From contig CAKNJL010000005.1 of NCBI GenBank assembly GCA_930982035.1, positions 1 through 62,920 of the forward strand: DNA of 62,920 nucleotides. Direction: 5' to 3'. Positions 19,551-30,417 of this stretch are shown here, piece by piece. Origin of the DNA: an uncultured Clostridium sp. (lineage in GTDB: Bacteria > Bacillota > Clostridia > TANB77 > CAG-508). The notes below the pieces were generated by a model. The model was not told the DNA's origin. It made no database searches and saw only the letters and a list, made by a program, of their open reading frames with translations. A program made the position numbers and the translations under genes. Each line of letters begins with the position of its first letter. The first letter of the stretch is position 1.

Positions 19551-20249
19551 ATGAAAAAATTCATAGTTATTATATTAATCCTATTAATAATATTTATAGG
19601 AATGTTTGCATATAGGCAAAATAAAATAGCACAAAATAAAAATGCCGAAGTAACAGTAGATGAAATAAATAAAATAGAAACGTACTTACAAAAAATATAT
19701 ATGTGGAAAGAAATAACAGGAGAAGCATTGCCAAGTTTTGAAAATATAAATAATGCACCAGATGTTTGGATATGGGAGGTTGTAAAAAAGAATTTAGAAG
19801 AATATGAACTATCATATGAACAATTGGAAGAAAAGAAAAAAGAAATATTTGGAGATGATTTAGAAAAGGAATTTCCTAAAGAAGGTTATGAATATATGGA
19901 GTATAATGCGGAAACAAATAAGTATTATGCTGTTGGAACAGGATTAGATAACCAAGAAGATGTATTTCTTTTAGACAAAATAGAGAAAAAAGAAAGTGGT
20001 TATACAGTTCAGATTGTAGAATTTTTAGAAGATTATTCAGAAGCATATAACACAGAACAAACTGAATATAATATCCAAATAAAAAATTTAAATGATGAAA
20101 TAATAGGAACAGTAAAAAGTACAGAGGATGAGACAAATATACAACAATTAGTAAAAGACAATATAGACAAATTTACTAAAAAAGAAGTTGAATTAAAAAC
20201 AGACTCAAATGGAAATATATATGTAACTAATGTAAAAAAAGTTGAATAA
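19551..20249 (+). CDS. membrane-anchored hypothetical protein
   Basis: N-terminal TM/signal segment, acidic extracellular domain, SD AAGGAG. Confidence 0.75.
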   Translation: MKKFIVIILILLIIFIGMFAYRQNKIAQNKNAEVTVDEINKIETYLQKIYMWKEITGEALPSFENINNAPDVWIWEVVKKNLEEYELSYEQLEEKKKEIFGDDLEKEFPKEGYEYMEYNAETNKYYAVGTGLDNQEDVFLLDKIEKKESGYTVQIVEFLEDYSEAYNTEQTEYNIQIKNLNDEIIGTVKSTEDETNIQQLVKDNIDKFTKKEVELKTDSNGNIYVTNVKKVE

Positions 20250-20353
20250 AAATATGTATTTAAATAGTCATTAAGTCAATAATGTAATCTTAGAGAGATA
20301 CATTAAAATAGTGACTATTTATTAAATTGTTTTAAGTAAAGGAAGAAGTAAAA

Positions 20354-21238
20354 ATGAATTTAGAAAAATGTGAAATATGTCCACATGAATGTGGAATTAA
20401 TAGAACAAAAAATCAAATAGGAAGATGTAAAAGTACAGATAAAATAAAAATTGCACTATATTCTATACACAGATTTGAAGAGCCATGTATCAGTGGGGAA
20501 AATGGCTCAGGAACAGTGTTTTTTTCTAATTGTAATTTAAACTGTATTTATTGCCAAAATTATGAGATTAGCCAAGAAGGTAAAGGAAAAGAAATATCAG
20601 TAGAAGAATTAGCAGACATATTTATAAAACAACAAAATAGAAAAGCAGAAAATATCAATCTAGTAACACCAACAAGCTATACACTTCAAATAATAGAAGC
20701 AATAAAAATTGCTAAAAAAAGAGGGTTAAATATACCAATTATATATAACACAAATGGATATGAAAAAGTTGAAACATTAAAATTATTAGAAGGATATGTA
20801 GATGTGTATTTGCCAGACTTAAAATATAATGATGATGAATTAGGAAAAAAATATTCTAAAGTAGACAGATATTTTGAGATAGCGGTAAAAGCAATAAAAG
20901 AAATGTACAGACAAGTAGGAAGTCCAAAGTTAGATGAAAGAGGAATGATAAAAAGTGGGCTAATGATTCGACATTTAGTATTGCCAAATAATATAGAAAA
21001 TAGCAAAAAGATTTTAAGATGGATAAAAGAAAATATAGATGAAAATGTGTATGTTGACATTATGGCACAATATTTTCCTACATATAAGGCAAAAGAAAGT
21101 AAGGAGCTAAATAGAAAACTTACAAAAGAAGAATATAAAGAAATAGAAGAATATGTGTATGACTTGAACATAAAAAATGGATATATGCAAGATTTAGGTG
21201 AGCATGAAGAAGAATATGTACCAAAATGGGAAATATAA
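20354..21238 (+). CDS. radical SAM protein, PflX-like
   Basis: CEICPHEC; CNLNCIYCQN (CxxxCxxC); RHLVLP. Confidence 0.9.
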   Translation: MNLEKCEICPHECGINRTKNQIGRCKSTDKIKIALYSIHRFEEPCISGENGSGTVFFSNCNLNCIYCQNYEISQEGKGKEISVEELADIFIKQQNRKAENINLVTPTSYTLQIIEAIKIAKKRGLNIPIIYNTNGYEKVETLKLLEGYVDVYLPDLKYNDDELGKKYSKVDRYFEIAVKAIKEMYRQVGSPKLDERGMIKSGLMIRHLVLPNNIENSKKILRWIKENIDENVYVDIMAQYFPTYKAKESKELNRKLTKEEYKEIEEYVYDLNIKNGYMQDLGEHEEEYVPKWEI

Positions 21239-21250
21239 GTAGGGGAAGGA

Positions 21251-22528
21251 ATGCAAATAAAAATGGACATACAAAAATATATAGAAGGATTATCAAAAGG
21301 AAAGAAAGATAACTTATCAGTAGAAAATGTGAAATTTTTTATGAATAAATTAGGAAATCCACAAGCTAAATTAAAATTTATTCATGTTACAGGGACAAAT
21401 GGAAAAGGTAGTGTAGTGGAAATGTTAAATAACATTTTAATAAAAAATAATTATAAAGTGGGAAAATTTATTTCACCACATTTAATAAAATACAATGAAA
21501 GAATCAGTGTAAATAATATAAATATAAAGGATGAAGAATTAGAAAAAATATATGAAGAGCTAGAACCAATAATTGAAACATACCAAAAAGAAATGACATT
21601 TTTTGATTTTACAACAATAACTGCATTATTATATTTCTATAAGAAGAAAGTAGATATAGTAGTAATGGAAGTAGGATTAGGAGGATTATATGATTCTACA
21701 AATGTAATTAATCCAATAATATCAATTATAAACTTGATTGGAATTGACCACACAAATATTTTAGGAAAAACATTAAAGGAAATAGCCATACAAAAAGCAG
21801 GAATAATAAAAGAAAATTCTAATACTGTATATGTATCACAGGAAAAAGTAATAGACGACATTATTGTACAGAAATGTAAAGAAAAAAATAATAAGTTATA
21901 TTTAATAGATACATCAAAGACGACAAATTTAAGATATGAAAAAGATTATGAAATATTTAATTATAAACAATATAAAAATATAGAGATTAATCTAAAAGGA
22001 AAAAAACAAATTCAAAATGCTATAATTTCTTTAGAATGCTGTGAAATTTTAGAAGAAAATGGTTTTGAATTTACAGAAAAAAAGATAAGGGAAGGATTAA
22101 AAACAGTCGTCCATAAGGGAAGATTTGAAGTAATACATAAAAATCCAACAATAATATTTGATGGAGGACATAATGCACAAGCTATAGAAAATTTAAAAGA
22201 TACAATAGATATCTATTATAAAAATGCAAAAAAGATATATGTGATGTCAATATTAAAATCAAAAGATTATAAAACTATACTAGAGGAACTAATAGAAGAT
22301 GGAAACATATATATTTTTACAAATGGGAATGATAAAAATAGGTATGCTGATAGTCATTTGATGTATGAATATTCAAAAAAATTAAATGCAAATATAGAAA
22401 TGTACGAAATGGATTTAAAAGAAGCAATACAATTTTGTAAAGAAAAAGTAGATTATGTATCTTTTATAATTGGCTCATTTTATGTTTATAATGATGTGAA
22501 AAAGATATTGTGTAACTGTTCAGACTAA
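21251..22528 (+). CDS. folC: folylpolyglutamate synthase / dihydrofolate synthase
   Basis: IHVTGTNGKGS, SPHL, EVGLGGLYDSTN, DGGHN. Confidence 0.93.
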   Translation: MQIKMDIQKYIEGLSKGKKDNLSVENVKFFMNKLGNPQAKLKFIHVTGTNGKGSVVEMLNNILIKNNYKVGKFISPHLIKYNERISVNNINIKDEELEKIYEELEPIIETYQKEMTFFDFTTITALLYFYKKKVDIVVMEVGLGGLYDSTNVINPIISIINLIGIDHTNILGKTLKEIAIQKAGIIKENSNTVYVSQEKVIDDIIVQKCKEKNNKLYLIDTSKTTNLRYEKDYEIFNYKQYKNIEINLKGKKQIQNAIISLECCEILEENGFEFTEKKIREGLKTVVHKGRFEVIHKNPTIIFDGGHNAQAIENLKDTIDIYYKNAKKIYVMSILKSKDYKTILEELIEDGNIYIFTNGNDKNRYADSHLMYEYSKKLNANIEMYEMDLKEAIQFCKEKVDYVSFIIGSFYVYNDVKKILCNCSD

Positions 22529-22671
22529 AAAATAAAAAATCCTTATTAATTATACGCTAACAGGAATATTTTTATATATGTAATATGAATTTAAAAATAT
22601 AAGTAAAATAACTTGTAAAAAGAAATGAATTTTGATATAGTAATAAAAATAATATTGGAGGTAGAAATGAA

Positions 22672-23343
22672 ATGAGAATTGTAGAACCATGGATAAAAGT
22701 AGAAAAAATTGATGGAGAAAAAATAATGAAGAGAATAGAAAGAGCTTGTAGAACTTGTTATCGTTCAGAAGGAAAGATTACAGAAGATAGCTATAAAAAA
22801 TTATTAACAAATTGTATTACAAGAGGACATGAGTCTGTATTAGAACATGAAAAAGTAACAGTTAGAATTTATAGTGATGTAGGTTCATATAAAGATTTAA
22901 CAAGACATAGATTTGCAAGTTTTGCAGTTGAATCAACAAGATATTGTAGTTATGATAAAGATAAGTATGGAAATGAAATTGCATTTATTGATCCTGTATA
23001 TATGGAAGATAAAGAAATATATGAAATATGGAAAAAAACAATGCAAGAAATAGAAAATGGATATATAAAAATGAAACAATTAGGCGCTACAACAGATATG
23101 TGTAGAGAAATATTACCACATTCAACAGCAGCAGAATATACAGTGACAGCAAATATAAGAGAGTGGAAACATATTCTTAGTTTAAGAACAACAAAACATG
23201 TACATCCGTCTATTAGACAAGTATTAATTCCTTTATTAAAATATTTTAAAGAAGAGATGCCTGAAATATTTGCAGATATAGAATATGATGAAGATTTTAA
23301 ACCTGAATATTATGCTAAATTATCCGTAGAAGATGAGGTGTAA
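22672..23343 (+). CDS. thyX: FAD-dependent thymidylate synthase
   Basis: GHESVLEH and the RHRFASFAVESTRY ThyX signature. Confidence 0.95.
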   Translation: MRIVEPWIKVEKIDGEKIMKRIERACRTCYRSEGKITEDSYKKLLTNCITRGHESVLEHEKVTVRIYSDVGSYKDLTRHRFASFAVESTRYCSYDKDKYGNEIAFIDPVYMEDKEIYEIWKKTMQEIENGYIKMKQLGATTDMCREILPHSTAAEYTVTANIREWKHILSLRTTKHVHPSIRQVLIPLLKYFKEEMPEIFADIEYDEDFKPEYYAKLSVEDEV

Positions 23344-24235
23344 AATTAATTTGATAGATTTACATATACATAGTACATATTCTGATGGTAGTTATACTGT
23401 AAAGGAAATTCTAAAAGAAGCTGAGAATAAAAAATTAGAATATATATCAATTACTGATCATGATTGTGTGGATGCATATAATGAATTAAGTAATATTGAT
23501 GTAAAAAATTACTATAAAGGAAAAATTATAGTAGGATGTGAGTTTAAATGTTATTTAGAATCCTTTGACATACCTATTGAAATCTTAGGATATGGATTAG
23601 ATTTAAATATAATAAAAGCATATCTTAAGAAGAATGATATCATGAAGGTACAAAGAAAATATTTAGAGTATTTAAAAGAGCAAGGAAAGAAAATAGGTTT
23701 AATTTTTGATACAAATTTAAAACTTACAGACAAGCATTGTTATGCATCTGCGGTTTTCCAGGAAGAATTATTAAAATATCATGAAAATAAAGAGATAATG
23801 AGAAAAAATAATATATCATTACAACCTAATTTTTATAGAGCAGAGCAATGTAATAAAAATAGTATATTTTACATAGATGAAAATAAGAATTCTATAAGTA
23901 TAGGAAAATTACTAGAAAAAATCCATGAAGCAAAAGGACTTGCATTTTTAGCACACCCATACATATACCCTATTGACGATACAGAAGAAATGGTAGAATA
24001 TGTGGCTAAAAAATACAAATTAGATGGTATTGAATGTTATTATTCTACTTTTTCAGAAAAGCAAAAACAAGCAATGATAAATTGTACGCAAAAGTATAAT
24101 TTATATATATCAGGAGGGACAGATTTTCATGGGATTTCAAAACCTGATATAGAAGTTGGAACCGGAAGAGGAAATTTTTATATAAAAAAAGAAGTTATAT
24201 CAGATTGGATAAATAAAATTAATAAATTTGTATAG
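23333..24235 (+). CDS. PHP-domain metal-dependent phosphoesterase
   Basis: DLHIHSTYSDG, ITDHD, LAHP, GGTDFHG. Confidence 0.9.
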   Translation: MRCKINLIDLHIHSTYSDGSYTVKEILKEAENKKLEYISITDHDCVDAYNELSNIDVKNYYKGKIIVGCEFKCYLESFDIPIEILGYGLDLNIIKAYLKKNDIMKVQRKYLEYLKEQGKKIGLIFDTNLKLTDKHCYASAVFQEELLKYHENKEIMRKNNISLQPNFYRAEQCNKNSIFYIDENKNSISIGKLLEKIHEAKGLAFLAHPYIYPIDDTEEMVEYVAKKYKLDGIECYYSTFSEKQKQAMINCTQKYNLYISGGTDFHGISKPDIEVGTGRGNFYIKKEVISDWINKINKFV

Positions 24236-24265
24236 AGAAGAATAAAACGAAAGGAATAAGAAAAA

Positions 24266-24751
24266 ATGTTAAGTATCATAGTAGCAAAAGCAAAAAATAA
24301 TGTAATAGGAAAAGATAATAAATTATTATGGCATATATCAGATGACCTAAAAAGATTCAAAAAATTGACAACAGGACATACAATTATAATGGGAAGAAAA
24401 ACATTTGAATCATTAGGAAGAGTATTACCAAATAGAAAACATATAGTATTTACACAAAATCCAGATTTTAAAATAAATGATGAAAATGTACAAATAGTAC
24501 ATTCTATGTTAGAAATCCAAGAATATATAGAAAGTAAAGAAGAAGTATTTGTAATTGGGGGAGCAATGATATATAATCTGTTAATGCCATATGTACAAAA
24601 AATGTATGTAACAGAAATAGACAAAGAATTTGACGGAGATACATTCTTTCCTAGAATTAATGAAGAAGTATGGAAAGAAGTTGAAAGAGAAAAAGGACCA
24701 GAAGATGGAGAAAATCATTTTAAATATGAATATGTAATTTATGAACGTTAG
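24266..24751 (+). CDS. folA: dihydrofolate reductase
   Basis: VIGKDNKLLW, IMGRKTFES, LPNR, IGGA, GDTFFP. Confidence 0.95.
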   Translation: MLSIIVAKAKNNVIGKDNKLLWHISDDLKRFKKLTTGHTIIMGRKTFESLGRVLPNRKHIVFTQNPDFKINDENVQIVHSMLEIQEYIESKEEVFVIGGAMIYNLLMPYVQKMYVTEIDKEFDGDTFFPRINEEVWKEVEREKGPEDGENHFKYEYVIYER

Positions 24752-24792
24752 GGACGTGTCAAATCATTTTGAAATGATTTGACACGTCCCTA
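24743..24792. repeat. REPIN-like doublet, family D, containing the folA stop codon
   Basis: 21-bp perfect inverted repeat TAGGGACGTGTCAAATCATTT (24749-24769 and 24772-24792). Confidence 0.85.
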
Positions 24793-24848
24793 TTTGATTA
24801 AAAAGTTCGTTTTTGGTTACACTAAGTCATGAAAGGATGATGATTTAT

Positions 24849-25847
24849 ATGTTTAAACCAAAGGCTATTTATTTTGAAAAAGATATTGTAAATTATGAAC
24901 TTGGAAAAGATTTGATGGAAAAATACAAAGATGTTCCAAAAGTGGAGATAGAAAATCACAATAATATAGAAGAGATGAGAAAAAAGTCAAATAAAGAATT
25001 TATGGATATGAAACGAAATTTAATTATTGGTATTAGAAAAACCCATAAATTTGTGCCAAACCATAAAACTTCTGATTTTTTGGTACCATATACGTCATCA
25101 GGTTGTACAGCAGGTTGTATGTATTGTTATTTAGTATGTAATTATAACAAATGTGCATATTTAAGATTATTTGTCAATAGAGAAAAAATGTTGGAAAAAA
25201 TTATAAAGACAGCCGAAACTAGTGAGAAAGAATTGACTTTTGAAATAGGGAGCAATAGTGATTTGATATTAGAAAATACTATTACAAATAATCTTGTTTG
25301 GACAATTGAAAATTTTAAAGATACGAAAAAAGGTTATTTAACTTTGCCGACAAAATTTTCTATGGTAGATAGTATATTGAATTTAGAACATAATGGAAAA
25401 GTTATTATTAGAATGAGTGTGAATCCTAAAGAAATTATTAATCGCGTAGAATTTGGAACTTCTAGATTAGAAGAAAGAATAGAGGCAATTAATAAATTAA
25501 GTGAAGCTGGATATAAAGTGGGAATTCTAATTGCACCAGTAATTATGGTAGAAAATTGGAAAGAATTATATAAAGAATTAATCATAGAATTAGATAATAA
25601 ACTTTCTAAAAAAACAAAGCAACAAGTATTTTTTGAAATTATTTTTATGACATATAGTTTTGTGCATACTAAAATTAATGAAGAAGCTTTTCCAAATGCC
25701 ATTCAGATTTATGATAAAGATAAAATGCAGGGGAGAGGGAAAGGAAAATATATGTATAAAAATGATTTGAGGGAGGATGGAAAAAAGTTTTTTATTGAAG
25801 AGATGAGTAAATATTTTAAAGATAACTCTATAGAGTATATTGTATAA
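24849..25847 (+). CDS. spore photoproduct lyase family radical SAM protein
   Basis: SSGCTAGCMYCYL; FEIGSNSD; EFGTS. Confidence 0.8.
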   Translation: MFKPKAIYFEKDIVNYELGKDLMEKYKDVPKVEIENHNNIEEMRKKSNKEFMDMKRNLIIGIRKTHKFVPNHKTSDFLVPYTSSGCTAGCMYCYLVCNYNKCAYLRLFVNREKMLEKIIKTAETSEKELTFEIGSNSDLILENTITNNLVWTIENFKDTKKGYLTLPTKFSMVDSILNLEHNGKVIIRMSVNPKEIINRVEFGTSRLEERIEAINKLSEAGYKVGILIAPVIMVENWKELYKELIIELDNKLSKKTKQQVFFEIIFMTYSFVHTKINEEAFPNAIQIYDKDKMQGRGKGKYMYKNDLREDGKKFFIEEMSKYFKDNSIEYIV

Positions 25848-25945
25848 TTTATTATATAATAATAAAATTTTCCTTCAACTTTTAAAATTGATGTGATATA
25901 ATATCCAAAAAAGGAAAGAATAACAAAAAAATAAATATGATAATA

Positions 25946-26002
25946 GAAGGTCCGTCCCCTTAATCCCTAAAAACAGGGATTGAAGGACCGTCCCCAAATC
26001 CC
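25946..26002. repeat. two tandem REP-like units, family B
   Basis: GAAGGTCCGTCCCCTTAATCCC and AAAACAGGGATTGAAGGACCGTCCCCAAATCCC, directly before an SD. Confidence 0.85.
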
Positions 26003-26018
26003 GGAAGGAGTTGTTATT

Positions 26019-26720
26019 ATGTCATATATAGAATTTAAAAATGTTTGTAAAGAATATAAAATGGGAGAAATTACAATAAAAGCATTAGATAACACAAACT
26101 TTTCAATAGAAAAAGGAGAATTAGTAGTTATTGTAGGTCCTTCTGGAGCTGGAAAAACGACAGCATTAAATATATTAGGTGGCATGGATAGTGTGACTTC
26201 AGGAGATGTGATTGTTGACGGAAAAAATGTAGCAAAATTAAAAAATAAAGAATTAATTAAATATAGAAGAGAAGATATTGGATTTGTATTTCAATTCTAT
26301 AATTTAGTACAAAACTTAACAGCAATTGAAAATGTTGAACTTGCTACACAAATTTGTAAAGACTCTTTAAGTCCAGATGAGGTTATGGAAAAAGTAGGGT
26401 TATCTGATAGAAAAAAGAATTTTCCATCACAATTATCAGGTGGAGAGCAACAAAGAGTTGCAATTGCAAGGGCTATTGCTAAAAATCCAAAACTATTATT
26501 ATGTGATGAACCAACAGGTGCGTTAGATTATAAAACAGGTAAGCAAATACTAAAATTATTGCAAGATACTGCTAGAAAGGAAAAAATGACAGTTATTATA
26601 ATTACTCATAATGGAGCAATTGCACCTATGGCTGATAAAATTATTAGATTTAAAAATGGAACGGCAGAAAGTATTGAGATAAATGAAAAACCAATTCCAG
26701 TAGAAAATATAGAATGGTAG
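26019..26720 (+). CDS. ABC transporter ATP-binding protein (LolD/MacB-like)
   Basis: [25 protein letters not shown]. Confidence 0.95.
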   Translation: MSYIEFKNVCKEYKMGEITIKALDNTNFSIEKGELVVIVGPSGAGKTTALNILGGMDSVTSGDVIVDGKNVAKLKNKELIKYRREDIGFVFQFYNLVQNLTAIENVELATQICKDSLSPDEVMEKVGLSDRKKNFPSQLSGGEQQRVAIARAIAKNPKLLLCDEPTGALDYKTGKQILKLLQDTARKEKMTVIIITHNGAIAPMADKIIRFKNGTAESIEINEKPIPVENIEW

Positions 26721-26726
26721 GTGGAA

Positions 26727-26810
26727 CATTGGGTGTCCATTGGGGACGTTTCCGTTTGGACATTTTCTGAAAAATGTCCAAACGGAAACGTCCCCAATGG
26801 ACATCCAATG
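26727..26810. repeat. REPIN-like doublet, family C
   Basis: 40-bp inverted repeat with one mismatch and a 4-nt loop, between the two ABC genes. Confidence 0.9.
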
Positions 26811-26832
26811 ACAAACTTTGGAGGTGATACAA

Positions 26833-29800
26833 ATGAAGGTTAAAAGGGCTTTGTTAAAAGATACATTCAAAGAAATCGTAAAATCATATAAAAGATTCAT
26901 ATCCATATTACTTATGGCTTTATTAGGTGTTGGTTTTTTTGCAGGATTGAGAGCTTCTTCACCAGATATGGTTGATTCTATTGATACATATTACAAAAAC
27001 CAGAATGTATATGATATAGAAATAATGTCTACATTAGGTTTAACAAATGATGATATTAATGCATTATCAAATATAGAGAATGTAGAAAATGTTTATGGAA
27101 CATACAGTAGAGATGGTACAATAAAGACAAGTGATAAAGAAATAGTTTCCAAAATTTTATGTGTAGATGATGTTAACAAGCCTGTATTAGTAGAAGGTAG
27201 TATGCCGGAAAATGTAGATGAATGTGTTGTAGAGCAAAAATTTCTTAAAGATACAGGGAAATCAATAGGTGATACTATAGAGATTGAGCCAGAAAAGACG
27301 GAGGGAGAAGAGGAAGAGTTCCTAAAGAATAAAAGTTTAAAAATTGTAGGTGTTGTACAAAGTCCTTTATATATATCAAGAGAAAGAGGAAGTACAAAGT
27401 TAGGAACAGGTGTAATCAATTATTATATATATATAAATAAAGAAAATGTTAATTCAGAAATATATACAGAAATATATATAACATTGGAAAATACAGAAAA
27501 ATATCAAACTGCTAGTAATAAATATGAAGATTATGTGGAAGAGACTAAAAATAAGATAGAAGAGATAAAAGAAGAAAGAGAAAACGCAAGATATCAAGAA
27601 CTAATTGATGAAGCAAATCAAGAGATAGCAAAAGCTGAGGAAGAGTTTAATACAGAAAAACAAAATGGAGAGACACAAATTCAGGATGCAGAGAATAAAA
27701 TCAATGAGGGAAAAGCACAAATAGCAAGTGCTGAATCTGAAATTAGTAGTAATGAAACAAAGGCTAAAAAAGAATTTGCAAATGCGGAAGTACAAATAGA
27801 AAATGGTAAAACAGAGATTGCTAAAAATGCGCTTAGACTAAATAATCAAAAAATAGAAGCAGAAAAAGGATTTGCACAAGCAGAGGAGCAAAAAGCCGGA
27901 TTGCAAAGTACATTAGATAATATTAATAATGCAATTAAAATAACAGATAATTCTATAGCTGAAAAGCAAGCACAATTAGAAACAGCAGAGACAGATGAGG
28001 AAATTGCAACTATTAATCAAGAAATTGCACAGTTACAAGCAACTAAGCAAGTATATGAAAATAATAGGCAATCAGTACAAGCAGGAATAACAGAGATAGA
28101 TAATCAAATAGCAAGTGGAAGAGCGGAATTGCAAAATGCAGAAGCACAGATTAATAATGCAAAAAGTGAATTAGCCAAAAAAGAAGCTACATTAAAGCAA
28201 ACCAAAAGTAAAACAAATACACAAATTGCAAATGCAAAAAAAGAATTGGAATCTTCAAAACAAGAGATAGCAAATGCGGAGGCAGAATTAGAAAAGTCAA
28301 GAGCAGAATTTAATAGTAAAATAGAGGAAGCAGAAGGCAAATTAATAGATGCAAAAGAAAAAGTATCGGAAATTGAAAAGGCTAAGTGGTACATATTAGA
28401 CAGAGAACAAAATGCAGGATATAGCAGTTATATACAAGATACGGAAAGTATAGAAAATCTTAGTGTTGTATTTCCAATCGTATTTTTTGCAATTGCTACA
28501 TTAGTATCGTTAACATCAATGACCAGAATGGTAGAAGAGCAAAGGCAAGAGATAGGAACTTTAAAAGCATTAGGATATAATAAATTTCACATCATGTTAA
28601 AATACCTGATTTATTCAAGTCTTGCATGTATAGTTGGTGGCGTAATAGGAATGAATATAGGATTTCAACTATTACCTAGAATTATATGGGATATGTATGA
28701 AATGATGTATACATTACCAGAATTTATTGTATCATTCAACCATCAGTATTCTTCATTAGGACTAGGATTAATATATATTTGCATTGTAGGAGCAACTTTA
28801 TATACAATATTAAGAGAAGTAAAAGAAACACCAGCAAACTTATTAAGACCAAAAGCACCTAAATATGGAAAAAGAGTTTTATTAGAAAGAATCAACTTTA
28901 TATGGAAAAGATTAAAATTTTCTCATAAAGTTACAGTAAGAAATATATTTAGATACAAAAAAAGATTTCTAATGACAATTATCGGTATTATGGGATGTAC
29001 TTCATTAATACTTGCGGGATTTGGTTTAAAGGATTCTATATCTTCAATATTACCAAATCAATATGAAGATATATTTGACTATGATATTATGGTAAGTTTA
29101 AAAACATCATTATCTGCTGAACAAAAAAATAGTTATACAGAAGAACTACGACAGAAAGAAGAAATTAATGATATATTAGAGACATATATGGAATCAGGAA
29201 CAGCAGGAAAAGATGATAAAAGTGAAACAGTTCAAATTGTTGTACCAAATGATAAAAATGAAATCGATAAAATGATAAAACTAAGAGATGTAAAGACAAA
29301 AGAAAAATTTGAATTGTCAGAGGAAGGAATTATTATAACAGATAAATTGGCTGAATTAATAGGAGCAAAAGTAGGTGATACAATAAAAGTAACTACAAAT
29401 GATGATATAGAAAAAGAAATAAAAATTGTAGGAATTACAGAGAACTATATTAGTCATTATGTATATATGTCAAAAGAATTATATCAGCAAATTTATGGAG
29501 AAGAATATAGTACAAATGTATTATTAATTCAAGATAATGATTTAACAGAAGAACAAGAAGAAACAGTAATGCAAGAAATGGTAGCTAAAAATGAAGTATC
29601 AACAGTAACTTTAACAAAAACTACAATGAAAACACTAGATGATACAATGAATTCTTTAAATTATGTAGTTGTGATTTTGATTGTATCAGCAGGTCTATTG
29701 GCATTTGTAGTGTTGTATAATTTATCAAATGTTAATATTAGTGAAAGAATAAGAGAGTTAGCAACAATAAAAGTATTGGGATTTTATGATAGGGAAGTAT

Positions 29801-30057
29801 ATGATTATATTACTAGAGAAACAATTATTTTAACATTAATAGGTATAGTATTGGGGTTAGTTGCTGGATATTTCTTGAATTTCTATATATTAGGAACTTG
29901 TGAAATTAATATGTTGAGATTTGAAAAAGTTATTCATCCAATAAGTTATGTATATGCTGTAGCAATTACATTAGTATTTTCAATTATTGTTAATATTGTT
30001 ACATATTTTGCACTAAAGAAAATTGATATGATAGGAAGTTTGAAAAGTGTAGAATAA
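26833..30057 (+). CDS. FtsX-like ABC permease with long coiled-coil extracellular domain
   Basis: RMVEEQRQEIGTLKALG and ERIRELATIKVLG FtsX motifs; follows the ABC ATPase. Confidence 0.92.
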   Translation: MKVKRALLKDTFKEIVKSYKRFISILLMALLGVGFFAGLRASSPDMVDSIDTYYKNQNVYDIEIMSTLGLTNDDINALSNIENVENVYGTYSRDGTIKTSDKEIVSKILCVDDVNKPVLVEGSMPENVDECVVEQKFLKDTGKSIGDTIEIEPEKTEGEEEEFLKNKSLKIVGVVQSPLYISRERGSTKLGTGVINYYIYINKENVNSEIYTEIYITLENTEKYQTASNKYEDYVEETKNKIEEIKEERENARYQELIDEANQEIAKAEEEFNTEKQNGETQIQDAENKINEGKAQIASAESEISSNETKAKKEFANAEVQIENGKTEIAKNALRLNNQKIEAEKGFAQAEEQKAGLQSTLDNINNAIKITDNSIAEKQAQLETAETDEEIATINQEIAQLQATKQVYENNRQSVQAGITEIDNQIASGRAELQNAEAQINNAKSELAKKEATLKQTKSKTNTQIANAKKELESSKQEIANAEAELEKSRAEFNSKIEEAEGKLIDAKEKVSEIEKAKWYILDREQNAGYSSYIQDTESIENLSVVFPIVFFAIATLVSLTSMTRMVEEQRQEIGTLKALGYNKFHIMLKYLIYSSLACIVGGVIGMNIGFQLLPRIIWDMYEMMYTLPEFIVSFNHQYSSLGLGLIYICIVGATLYTILREVKETPANLLRPKAPKYGKRVLLERINFIWKRLKFSHKVTVRNIFRYKKRFLMTIIGIMGCTSLILAGFGLKDSISSILPNQYEDIFDYDIMVSLKTSLSAEQKNSYTEELRQKEEINDILETYMESGTAGKDDKSETVQIVVPNDKNEIDKMIKLRDVKTKEKFELSEEGIIITDKLAELIGAKVGDTIKVTTNDDIEKEIKIVGITENYISHYVYMSKELYQQIYGEEYSTNVLLIQDNDLTEEQEETVMQEMVAKNEVSTVTLTKTTMKTLDDTMNSLNYVVVILIVSAGLLAFVVLYNLSNVNISERIRELATIKVLGFYDREVYDYITRETIILTLIGIVLGLVAGYFLNFYILGTCEINMLRFEKVIHPISYVYAVAITLVFSIIVNIVTYFALKKIDMIGSLKSVE

Positions 30058-30069
30058 TATTATAAATAA

Positions 30070-30112
30070 AAATCCCCAGAGAAGGACTGTAAAAGTCATC
30101 TACTGGGGAAAA
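30070..30112. terminator. bidirectional terminator
   Basis: TCCCCAG...CTGGGGA hairpin between convergent genes. Confidence 0.6.
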
Positions 30113-30131
30113 ACAACGGTAAAATCTTTTT

Positions 30132-30290
30132 TTATTTATTTACAGAAGTTACCGTTATGGTCGGAAGTATTCGTTCTTTGCTTTTTTTGCAAAAAGCACA
30201 GTCGTTAATTACCTGACCATATTTGTTTTTGAGTTGATGCCCAGGGCATCTTCTTTCATCGCCCAGAGGGCATTTTGCTCCAGAAAACAT
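30132..30290 (-). CDS. small Cys-rich hypothetical protein (52 aa, absent from ORF track)
   Basis: SD AAAGGAG and perfect TTGACA-17-TATAAT (30369-30341); MFSGAKCPLGDERRCPGH...CAFC. Confidence 0.65.
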   Translation of the reverse strand: MFSGAKCPLGDERRCPGHQLKNKYGQVINDCAFCKKSKERILPTITVTSVNK

Positions 30291-30417
30291 ATACTGTTTT
30301 CTCCTTTCTAAATGTGTAAGTATTTACGAGCTACAATTTTATTATACAACTTTTTATGTAAAATGTCAAAAATAACATTCAATAAAAATTCTCATATAAT
30401 ATATAGGGGGGATTTTT

